Part shown: piece after piece, positions 1-7,331 of the stretch
Layout of the letters: each line of letters begins with the position of its first letter
Position numbering within the stretch: position 1 is the first letter of the stretch
Assembly: GCA_040235375.1 (NCBI GenBank)
Contig: JBECKQ010000014.1
Coordinates: 12,368 to 36,367, forward strand
Reading direction: 5' to 3'
DNA length: 24,000 bases
Origin: Phycisphaerae bacterium
GTDB lineage: Bacteria > Planctomycetota > Phycisphaerae > UBA1845
Notes under the pieces: model-generated
The model's input: only the letters and a program-made list of their open reading frames with translations
What the model was told of the DNA's origin: nothing
Databases searched by the model: none
Program-made: the position numbers and the translations under genes

Positions 1-1
1 G

Positions 2-865
2 GTGCAGGACATCCTCAACGCGATCAACAATTGCGGGCTCTACGTCAACGCCCGCATTAATGATGCTCGCACCGGCATCGACGTGGTCAATCTCGTATCC
101 GGCACCGCCCTGTCGATCGGTGAAAACGGCGGCACCACCGCCTCCGACCTTGGCATCCGTTCGTTCTACGGCGGCACGCCGGTCAGCGCCCTCGGCAGTG
201 GGGAAGGGCTGCAAACCGTCCCCGGCGTCGCCGACCTCACGATCACCGCCAAGAACGGCGCGAGCTTCGACGTCAATCTGGACGGCGTCGGCACGATCGG
301 CGACGTGATCGAAGCCATCAACGCCGCGGCCACCGACGCCGGTGTCTCCGTCGCCGCCGACCTGACCGACGTGGGCAACGGCATCCGCCTGACCGACGGC
401 ACCGGCGGCACCGACTCGCTCGTTGTCGAACGGGCCAACATGTCCTACGCCATCGACGACCTCGGCCTCAATAAGTTCGTCGCTGATCCCGAAACCATTC
501 TCGTCGGTGATGACACGAACCGTGCCAAACCTGACGGAATTCTCTCGGCACTCGTCGATCTCGAGCAGGCGCTGCGCGACGACGATTCCCAGGGCATCAC
601 CATCGCCGCGGAGAAGATCAACGAGCATCTGAACGATTTCAACCGCGCCCGCGGCGTCGTTGGCGCTCGGGCCTCGGCGATGCAGGATCGCCTGACGCAA
701 ACCGAAGATGCGGTGTACGCAACGGAAGCGCTGTTAAGCGACGTACAGGATCTCGACTACACCGAATCAATCACCAGGTTCCAGCAGGCCCAGACGGCCT
801 TGCAGGCCACGCTGATGACCAGTTCGCAGATACTGAACACGAGCCTGATGGATTTTCTACGGTAG
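2..865 (+). CDS. flgL: Flagellar hook-filament junction protein FlgL (HAP3), 5'-partial (runs off the window start)
   Basis: The C-terminus ...LSDVQDLDYTESITRFQQAQTALQATLMTSSQILNTSLMDFLR* is the conserved flagellin/FlgL C-terminal helix. The flgL-fliW-csrA-flagellin order matches the arrangement known from Bacillus. Stop codon TAG at 863-865. Confidence 0.8.
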   Translation: MQDILNAINNCGLYVNARINDARTGIDVVNLVSGTALSIGENGGTTASDLGIRSFYGGTPVSALGSGEGLQTVPGVADLTITAKNGASFDVNLDGVGTIGDVIEAINAAATDAGVSVAADLTDVGNGIRLTDGTGGTDSLVVERANMSYAIDDLGLNKFVADPETILVGDDTNRAKPDGILSALVDLEQALRDDDSQGITIAAEKINEHLNDFNRARGVVGARASAMQDRLTQTEDAVYATEALLSDVQDLDYTESITRFQQAQTALQATLMTSSQILNTSLMDFLR

Positions 866-986
866 GCATGAACCGCAGCGCAACCGGCCATCCGGCCTGC
901 TGTGTGGTGCGTGAATGAAACGAGGCAATTGAATGCAGCCGCAGTCGCCTCAGCACAACGACTGCCCCGCGAAGGAGATGCGGGTA

Positions 987-1009
987 TCGCAGGACCTTCG
1001 AGGACCTGC
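987..1009 (+). repeat. Imperfect hairpin that also contains the tandem direct repeat AGGACCT-N3-AGGACCT, in the flgL-fliW intergenic region
   Basis: CGCAGGACC-TTCGA-GGACCTGCG gives a 9-bp stem with one A:A mismatch. AGGACCT occurs at 990-996 and 1000-1006. Function unknown. Confidence 0.4.
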
Positions 1010-1127
1010 GAGCGCGGCCGGCGGACTCGCGTACTGCCGCTCGACGGCAACGCAACCGGCAATGGGCGGCGTTCGCCCGACCCGCCGGACGGCCAGTCGA
1101 TAGGACCAGGCTGCAAGGAGCAACGCG

Positions 1128-1580
1128 ATGATTATTCAGACGTCGCGGTTCGGTTCGCTCGAAGTGGACGACACTCGACTCATCCGCTTCGAACAGGGCG
1201 TCCTCGGGTTTCCCAATGAACATGACTTCGCCCTCATCCAGACCGGCACTGACAGCGGCTTCTACTGGCTGCAGTCGGTGGAACGGCCGGAGCTGGCGTT
1301 CGTCGTATGCGACCCGCGCCTTTTCCTGCCCGATTACCGCGCCCCGATCCGCGCGGAGGAGCTCGAACAGCTCGGCCTTGCGGAAGTTGGGGGCGCCGCC
1401 GTGTTCGTGATCGTCAACAAGATCGACGATCTGCTCACCGGGAACCTCCAGGGACCGCTCGTCGTGAACCTGGAATCGCGCCAGGCTCGCCAGCTCGTGC
1501 TCAGCGATCGCCGCTACTCGACGCGCCACCCGCTGATGCGGATCGAAAAGCGCGCCGTCGTGATGAGCAAGACCGGCTGA
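1128..1580 (+). CDS. fliW: Flagellar assembly factor FliW (CsrA antagonist)
   Basis: 150 aa. N-terminus MIIQTSRFGSLEVDDTRLIRFEQGVLGFPNEHDFALIQ is typical of FliW (F-x-x-G-x-x-GFP motif). AAGGAG RBS at 1114-1119 ahead of ATG 1128. Located directly upstream of csrA and flagellin. Confidence 0.9.
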   Translation: MIIQTSRFGSLEVDDTRLIRFEQGVLGFPNEHDFALIQTGTDSGFYWLQSVERPELAFVVCDPRLFLPDYRAPIRAEELEQLGLAEVGGAAVFVIVNKIDDLLTGNLQGPLVVNLESRQARQLVLSDRRYSTRHPLMRIEKRAVVMSKTG

Positions 1581-1744
1581 TCCTCCGGTCCCGCCCCCCG
1601 GTCGCGGATCGCGGCGCGTCAACGGGCGGAGACCAAACCAGTCGCACGGCCGCAATGCGAGGAAGCGCGCGGCGTGCGCCGAGCGCCGTCGGATGGGGCT
1701 CGATGAGTCGTGTTGCCAGGTGAGAAGTCTCAAGCATCGGCATG

Positions 1745-1766
1745 GCCGAGGAAGGAGCCGAGGATG
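1745..1766 (+). promoter_or_regulatory. GGA-rich csrA translation-initiation region (candidate CsrA autoregulatory sites)
   Basis: Direct repeat GCCGAGGA at 1745-1752 and 1757-1764. Three GGA triplets (1750-1752, 1754-1756, 1762-1764) span the SD GAAGGAG and the ATG at 1764. Confidence 0.4.
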
Positions 1767-2084
1767 TTGGTGCTTTCACGGACTCGCGATGAAACGATCA
1801 TGATCGGTGACGACATCGAGATCACCGTCGTGGACGTCCGGGGTGACAAGGTTCGGCTGGGCATCAACGCCCCCACCCGCATCCCCGTTCATCGAAAGGA
1901 AGTCTACGAAGCCATCAAGAACGAAAACCGGCAGGCCTCCCAGCTCAAGCCGGAAGAGGTTGCCAATATCGCCCGGGAAACAACGCCGCCGCTCAGCCCG
2001 GCGGCGCCCGGCACAAACGGTCGGTCACGGACCGCGACCAGGCGTCGGTCCACAGAGCGCAAGTCGATACGTCAGAAGGAGTAG
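1764..2084 (+). CDS. csrA: Carbon storage regulator / translational repressor CsrA, with a long C-terminal extension (106 aa)
   Basis: MLVLSRTRDETIMIGDDIEITVVDVRGDKVRLGINAPTRIPVHRKEVYEAIKNEN is the canonical CsrA core. ATG at 1764 is preceded by GAAGGAG (1751-1757). The tracked ORF start at 1710 is an upstream artefact. Confidence 0.93.
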   Translation: MLVLSRTRDETIMIGDDIEITVVDVRGDKVRLGINAPTRIPVHRKEVYEAIKNENRQASQLKPEEVANIARETTPPLSPAAPGTNGRSRTATRRRSTERKSIRQKE

Positions 2085-2124
2085 ATCGGTACACGTGTCG
2101 TCGCTTCTGTTTGAGCGACACGGT

Positions 2125-2142
2125 GCAATCACGGAGGATTGC
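2125..2142 (+). promoter_or_regulatory. CsrA-type hairpin sequestering the flagellin Shine-Dalgarno
   Basis: GCAATC-ACGGAG-GATTGC forms a perfect 6-bp stem with a hexaloop carrying GGA. The SD GGAGGA (2133-2138) lies in the loop and 3' arm. The start codon is 2 nt downstream, at 2145. Confidence 0.55.
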
Positions 2143-2144
2143 TC

Positions 2145-3590
2145 ATGAGCAGGATCACAAACAACGTTCCAGCCGTCATTTCCCAGCGCGAGCTGTCAAC
2201 TTCGCAGCGGGCCCTTCGCGTCTCGCTGCAAAGGCTCTCCAGCGGCCTGCGCATCAATCGCGGAGCGGACGACCCCGCCGGCCTGATCGTTTCCGAACGA
2301 CTGCGGTCAGAGATCTCCGCCGTCGGCCAGGCCGTCGAGAACTCCGAACGCGCCATCAACGTCATCGCCACCACCGAGGGAGCCCTCACCGAGGTGAACT
2401 CCCTGTTGACCGACATCCAGGCGCTCGTCGTGGAGGCCGCCAACCGCGGCGCGTTCAGCGACGACGAGGTCGAGGCGAACCAGCTTCAGATCGATGACGC
2501 CATCGAGGCCATCACCCGCATCGCCAATACCACGACGTTCGCGGGCCGCAAGCTCCTCGATGGCTCTCTCGACTACGTCACCAGCGGCGTCGATTATTCC
2601 GCGCTCGCCGACGTGAACATTCAGGCCGCCAACTTCGGCCGGGCCGACTACGTTCCCGTGGACATCAAGGTGACCTCCGCCGCCCTCCACGCCGAGGCCA
2701 ACTTCCTGGGACCGGGCATCGGCGCCTCCGCCGTCACCGTCGACATCCAGGGTCCCAAGGGAATCGTGGTGCTCAGCTTCCCCGCCAGCGCCTCCACGAA
2801 CACCATCGCCGATTCCATCAATGCTCAGCGCGACGCCACCGGTGTCGAGGCCGATTTCGTCAACGGCGACCCCGCCCAAGGCGTCCATCTCTACAGCACC
2901 GGCTACGGCTCCCGCGAGTTCGTACGTGTTCAGCCCCTCGCCGGCAGCGCCGGCTTCGATCTCGTGGACCGCGACGGCGTCGCCATCGCCGAAGGCAGTC
3001 AAACCGTTGGCCACGATGCTGTCGCCACGGTTAACGGCGCGGCAACCATCGCCGATGGTCTGGAGATCTCCGCCCGAACGTACCTCGTCAAGGTCGACAT
3101 CACACTCGACCCCGCCATGGGGATCGGTTCCACGCAGTTCGCCATTACCGGTGGCGGCTCGCTCTTCCAGCTTGGCCCGCGCGTGAACACGAACCAGCAG
3201 ACCAACATCGGAGTCAAGGCCATGCAGGCCAACAAGCTGGGCAACCGCATCGTCGGTTTCCTGTCGCAGCTCACCAGCGGGCAGGAGTACGCGTTGCGGA
3301 CCGGCAACTTCGACACCGCGTCCGACATCATCGACGAGGTCATCACGCAGGTGACCACGCTCCGCGGTCGGCTCGGCGCGTTCGAGCGGAACAACCTGCA
3401 ACCGAACATCAATCAGTTGCAGATCACCGCGGAGAACCTGACCTCGTCCGAGTCAATCATCCGGGATACGGACTTCGCCGAAGAGACGACCGAGTTGACC
3501 CGAGCGCAGATTCTCGTCCAGGCCGGTACCAGCGTCCTGGCGATCGCCAACGCCCAGCAGCAGAACGTCCTCACGCTGCTCGGGGCATAG
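2145..3590 (+). CDS. fliC: Flagellin (481 aa)
   Basis: The N-terminus MSRITNNVPAVISQRELSTSQRALRVSLQRLSSGLRINRGADDPAGL and the C-terminus TELTRAQILVQAGTSVLAIANAQQQNVLTLLGA* are the conserved flagellin D0/D1 helices, with a variable central domain between them. GGAGGA RBS lies 6 nt upstream of ATG 2145. Confidence 0.95.
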   Translation: MSRITNNVPAVISQRELSTSQRALRVSLQRLSSGLRINRGADDPAGLIVSERLRSEISAVGQAVENSERAINVIATTEGALTEVNSLLTDIQALVVEAANRGAFSDDEVEANQLQIDDAIEAITRIANTTTFAGRKLLDGSLDYVTSGVDYSALADVNIQAANFGRADYVPVDIKVTSAALHAEANFLGPGIGASAVTVDIQGPKGIVVLSFPASASTNTIADSINAQRDATGVEADFVNGDPAQGVHLYSTGYGSREFVRVQPLAGSAGFDLVDRDGVAIAEGSQTVGHDAVATVNGAATIADGLEISARTYLVKVDITLDPAMGIGSTQFAITGGGSLFQLGPRVNTNQQTNIGVKAMQANKLGNRIVGFLSQLTSGQEYALRTGNFDTASDIIDEVITQVTTLRGRLGAFERNNLQPNINQLQITAENLTSSESIIRDTDFAEETTELTRAQILVQAGTSVLAIANAQQQNVLTLLGA

Positions 3591-4258
3591 TACGGCGGTC
3601 GGCCCCGTGCCGTCCGGCCATCAATAACACCGGGGATCGGTGAGCGGCAAACGCGGTTCGCACCGCCTCGTCGCTCATCGATCCCCTTTTCGCCGCGCCC
3701 GACCCAACGCCTGCGGCGTCACGGCTTGTTGCCCTCATTCAATCGAAAGTACTGCTGGCGCGGCCTGGCTCGGAGGACAGACCGCGGCCCCCTGTTCCTC
3801 GCAGGGAGGGGCAGAAGAGAGTCTCTCAGCGCGATGGCCTCAAATTGTGCCACCGCTCTCGAGCAACGTCGTGTGCCACAATGTCATGTCGCCATTGATT
3901 ACCCCGCCGGCCCTCGCATCCTCCCCTACGGTCTTTCATTGCCCTCGCCATGGGGGGTCCACCGTTGAATCGACTCGCCTCCTGCCCAACCGGTCGCTTC
4001 ACTACCACCGGCAGACAATGAACCGGCGATGATAACGATCAGGCTTCGCCCTTCTCGAGCCTCGCGCCCTGTCGCTCGCTGGAGAATTGCTCACCGCGTG
4101 TTTAGCGTCGGCCGCCGCGCCGGCCGGTTCCCCAGTCATACCTTCCGTACATTTCAACGAAGCTCTCGCGAAAACCCGATGACAGGTGCGAACTTAACCA
4201 CCGACTACCCGGAAATCAAGACCGTTCCTTTCTATTGTTCACCCGTTCTTGCAGTCCA

Positions 4259-4274
4259 TAAGGGTTAACCCTTA
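4259..4274. repeat. Perfect 16-bp palindrome TAAGGGTTAACCCTTA (candidate operator)
   Basis: Read directly from the sequence. It lies in the long non-coding gap, about 270 bp upstream of the dprA start. A second palindrome, CGCAAG-A-CTTGCG, lies at 4318-4330. Confidence 0.6.
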
Positions 4275-4463
4275 CATACGCGGCACGCCGGTTCGCGCGA
4301 CTGCCGCACACCGCATGCGCAAGACTTGCGTTCGGCAGACCAGCGAAGTCGCCGCACAGCTATTCCATCCATCATTTGGAGGCGTCGAACACTCGCCGGA
4401 CGACGAGTAGCAGTTTGCCAGCACGCCGTCCTCTACCCCGTTTTTCTGCCCGGCGCGAAGGGA

Positions 4464-4492
4464 CTCGCCAAGCATGTCAGAACCCGTATAAT
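4464..4492 (+). promoter_or_regulatory. Putative sigma70-type promoter for dprA
   Basis: TCGCCA (4464-4469), a 17-nt spacer, then a perfect TATAAT (4487-4492), about 50 nt upstream of ATG 4544. The -35 element is weak. Confidence 0.35.
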
Positions 4493-4543
4493 GCCTCGTG
4501 GTCGGGCGTAAGTGGAGGGGCCGCGCGCTCCCGGGGAACTGCT

Positions 4544-5701
4544 ATGTCCGACAACACCATCTCGCCCCTCGCACGACAGTACCTGAGACTTCACCTCGCC
4601 AATGCGGTCGGCCCCGTCCTCCTCGGCCGGCTGATCAGGAAGTTCCGCGTCATCGATAACGTACTTCGAGCGTCGGCCGCTCAACTGTGCGAGGTCGAGG
4701 GCGTCGGCGAACGCCGCAGCCGCGCCATCCTCCAGTCCCGAAACGACGGCGCCGTGGACGGGGAGATCGACAAGGCCCGTCGCGTTGGCGCCCGCATCAT
4801 CTGCTGGGAAGACGACAACTACCCCGCCGTTCTACGGCACTGCGACGACCCGCCGATCTGCCTGTACGTCCGCGGAACGCTTCTGCCGGAGGATGGCCTG
4901 GCCCTTGCCATCGTCGGGTGCCGCCAGTGCACACGCTACGGATGCGAACAGGCCCGTCGCTTCGGCGCCCTGCTGGCCGGAGCCGGGTTCTCGGTCGTTT
5001 CCGGCCTGGCCCGCGGCATAGACGGCCACGCCCACGAGGGGGCCCTCGCCGCCAACGGCCGGACCGTCGCAGTACTCGGCTGCGGCGTCGACGTGGTTTA
5101 CCCGCCGGAGCATGACGAACTGATACTCCGGGTCCTCGACCACGGCGCGATCCTGAGCGAGGACCCCATAGGCAGCCCACCCACCGCCGATTCCTTCCCA
5201 CGGCGCAACCGGATCATTGCGGGCATGTCGCTCGGAACGATCGTCATCGAGGCCTCGAAGCGCAGCGGCGCCCTGATCACCGCCCAACTCGCAACCGATT
5301 ACAACCGCGAGCTTTTCGCCGTGCCCGGCCGGGTAGACACGCCCCAAGGGGCGGGAACGAACGACCTGATCCGCAAAGGCGCCGCCAAGCTCATTACCTG
5401 CCTTGAAGACGTGCTCGACGAGCTTGGCGACACCGGCCGGATACTGGCCTCCCCCGGCGGCTCGTCCGCTCATCAGCCCGGCGGTGATGGTCAGGCACTG
5501 GGCCCCGCTGTCCGCGCCGCCCTCACCGAGGAGGAGCGCTCGATCCTCGACTGCCTTGCCCACGAGGAGCGCGACCTCGACTGGATCACCGTCGACACAG
5601 CGCTCCTTCCCTCCACGGTTGCGGCCTGCATAACAACGCTCCAACTGAAAGGCCTGGTGATCGCGCTGCCGGGCAGCCGCTTCGCTCTCCGCAAACAATA
5701 G
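4544..5701 (+). CDS. dprA: DNA-processing protein DprA/Smf
   Basis: Rossmann-like DprA core with GLARGIDGHAHEGAL, FPRRNRIIAGMS and SGALITA motifs, plus a C-terminal winged-helix-like tail. ATG 4544 begins the recognisable protein. The tracked start at 4376 (TTG) adds an Arg/Ser-rich, non-protein-like extension. Confidence 0.9.
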   Translation: MSDNTISPLARQYLRLHLANAVGPVLLGRLIRKFRVIDNVLRASAAQLCEVEGVGERRSRAILQSRNDGAVDGEIDKARRVGARIICWEDDNYPAVLRHCDDPPICLYVRGTLLPEDGLALAIVGCRQCTRYGCEQARRFGALLAGAGFSVVSGLARGIDGHAHEGALAANGRTVAVLGCGVDVVYPPEHDELILRVLDHGAILSEDPIGSPPTADSFPRRNRIIAGMSLGTIVIEASKRSGALITAQLATDYNRELFAVPGRVDTPQGAGTNDLIRKGAAKLITCLEDVLDELGDTGRILASPGGSSAHQPGGDGQALGPAVRAALTEEERSILDCLAHEERDLDWITVDTALLPSTVAACITTLQLKGLVIALPGSRFALRKQ

Positions 5702-5819
5702 GCGAACTCCCGCGCCTGTGAGTTGTGTGCTAATCACAAGTCCGCTTTTGATGCCTCAAGACAGTGGGCTCGCGGCGTCATTTTGGGTATACTGGGCGAG
5801 TCGTGAAACCGGTTCATGG

Positions 5820-7331
5820 ATGAACCTCATGATCGCCAAAACGAATGCAGAATGGAATCTGCCTGACCTCTTGCGCGCCGCCGGCATCGCGCCGCTTGGC
5901 GCACCACCTTCGACTGTAAGCAGCATCACCGCGGACTCGCGAACCGTCTCGACCGGCGCGTGTTTTATCGCTGTCGCAGGCGGCAACTTCGACGGCCACC
6001 GCTTCGTTGACACCGCACTACAGCACGGTGCCGTCGCCGCCATCGTCGAACGCGATCGACGCACTCTTGACGACCCGCGCATCATTGCCGTGCCGGATTC
6101 ACGACTTGCGCTCGCTCGCCTGGCGGCTGCCTTCTACCGAATCGACGCGGCCCAGCGCGAACGCCGCTTAGGCCTGATCGGCGTTACCGGTACAAACGGC
6201 AAGTCTACCGTGTGCGCCCTGATTCGCTCGATTTTGCAGGCCGCCAGCCGAAAGACCGCCTGCTTCGGCACGATCGAAAACGACTCTCCCGCCGGCCGCG
6301 CGCCCTCCGCACTGACCACACTGCCGCCTGTCGATCTGTGTCACCATCTGTCACTCGCGGTAGCTGCGGGGGCGGATTCCGCAGTGATGGAAGTGTCGAG
6401 CCACGCATCGGATCAAAAGCGCTGCGACGGCCTCGCGTTCAGCGTCGCCGTCTTCACCAACCTGACGCACGACCATCTCGACTACCACAAGACGCTGGAT
6501 GCCTACGCCCTCGCCAAGAAGCGCCTCTTCGACGGGCTCGAATGGCAAGCATCCGCGGTCATCAACGCCGATGATCCGCGTGCAGAACTGATGGTCCGCG
6601 ACTGCCACGCGCGCGTGATTCGATTCGGATCGGCGGCAGGCGACGTCACCGCGACCGTCGATCGTCAATCAACCGATGGTACGACCATGCGACTGCACAT
6701 CGATGACCGCGCCGTCCCTGTCCACACGCACCTGATCGGCGCGCACAACGTCTACAACTGCCTGGCCGCGGCCGCCGCGGCACACGCCTTTGGCGCAAGC
6801 GTTGATTACCTGAAGGTCGGACTCGAGCGCGTCGAATTCGTATCCGGCCGGCTTCAACGCGCCACGTTCCCGGGCGATCGGTTCGCCGTGCTCATCGACT
6901 ACGCGCACACGCCCGACGCGCTGCAACATGCCATCGACGCCCTGCGGCCACTGACTCGGCGCCGGCTTATCTGCGTGTTCGGGTGCGGCGGCGACCGCGA
7001 TCGGGCCAAGCGCCCGGTCATGGGCCGCATCGCCGCACAGGGTGCCGACGTGGCCGTCCTCACCAGTGATAACCCGAGATCGGAAGAACCCGCGCGCATC
7101 ATCGAACAGGTGCTTGCCGGCATGCCGGCAGGCAAGCGCGACGACACGATCGTCGAATCCGACCGCCGCATCGCCATCCATCACGCGATCGACATGGCCC
7201 GCGCCGGTGACGTGGTGCTGATTGCGGGTAAAGGACACGAGGCGTACCAGATCATCGGCGCGGAAAAACGCGTATTCAGCGACCTCGACGTCGCCCGACA
7301 GGCATTGCAAGCAACGGAGATCCCGGCATGA
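5820..7331 (+). CDS. murE: UDP-N-acetylmuramoyl-L-alanyl-D-glutamate--2,6-diaminopimelate ligase MurE
   Basis: Mur ligase P-loop GVTGTNGKST and the DNPR motif (LTSDNPRSEEP) associated with meso-DAP-adding MurE. N-terminal NLPDLL aligns with the MurE N-terminus. The start is uncertain (5820 or 5829; the tracked GTG 5718 is probably too far upstream). Confidence 0.9.
   Translation: MNLMIAKTNAEWNLPDLLRAAGIAPLGAPPSTVSSITADSRTVSTGACFIAVAGGNFDGHRFVDTALQHGAVAAIVERDRRTLDDPRIIAVPDSRLALARLAAAFYRIDAAQRERRLGLIGVTGTNGKSTVCALIRSILQAASRKTACFGTIENDSPAGRAPSALTTLPPVDLCHHLSLAVAAGADSAVMEVSSHASDQKRCDGLAFSVAVFTNLTHDHLDYHKTLDAYALAKKRLFDGLEWQASAVINADDPRAELMVRDCHARVIRFGSAAGDVTATVDRQSTDGTTMRLHIDDRAVPVHTHLIGAHNVYNCLAAAAAAHAFGASVDYLKVGLERVEFVSGRLQRATFPGDRFAVLIDYAHTPDALQHAIDALRPLTRRRLICVFGCGGDRDRAKRPVMGRIAAQGADVAVLTSDNPRSEEPARIIEQVLAGMPAGKRDDTIVESDRRIAIHHAIDMARAGDVVLIAGKGHEAYQIIGAEKRVFSDLDVARQALQATEIPA

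Noticed and set aside
771-1733. 320-aa minus-strand ORF spanning the flgL 3' end, the intergenic region and all of fliW
   Set aside because: It is antisense to two well-supported genes. Its Arg/Ala/Pro-rich low-complexity translation has no recognisable domain, which is the typical long open antisense frame of GC-rich DNA.
2040-2100. Possible sigma28 (FliA) promoter for flagellin (GTCGATAC at 2063-2070 vs GCCGATAA)
   Set aside because: No TAAA-like -35 element lies at the required 15-nt spacing, and the -10 match is only partial. I cannot support a promoter call from the sequence alone.
2307-3401. 364-aa minus-strand ORF (and 2999-3412, 137 aa) antisense to flagellin
   Set aside because: The flagellin frame has unmistakable conserved termini. 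The antisense product is Gly/Asp/Val/Ala repetitive, mirroring flagellin codons, with no independent RBS or motif.
3640-4032. 130-aa + strand ORF (also 3726-3968 and 4029-4268) in the flagellin-dprA gap
   Set aside because: Its Cys/His/Arg/Pro-rich composition and weak third-position GC bias differ from the neighbouring real genes. It has no RBS and no recognisable domain, so I treated the region as non-coding (see the finding on this gap).
3950-4140. tmRNA-like 5' string GGGGGGTCCACCGTTGAATCGAC (compare GGGGCUGAUUCUGGAUUCGAC)
   Set aside because: I found no matching 3' acceptor/T-arm (GGTTCGAxTCC...CCACCA) downstream. No plausible tag-peptide reading frame ends in ALAA-stop. The resemblance is limited to about 8 nt.
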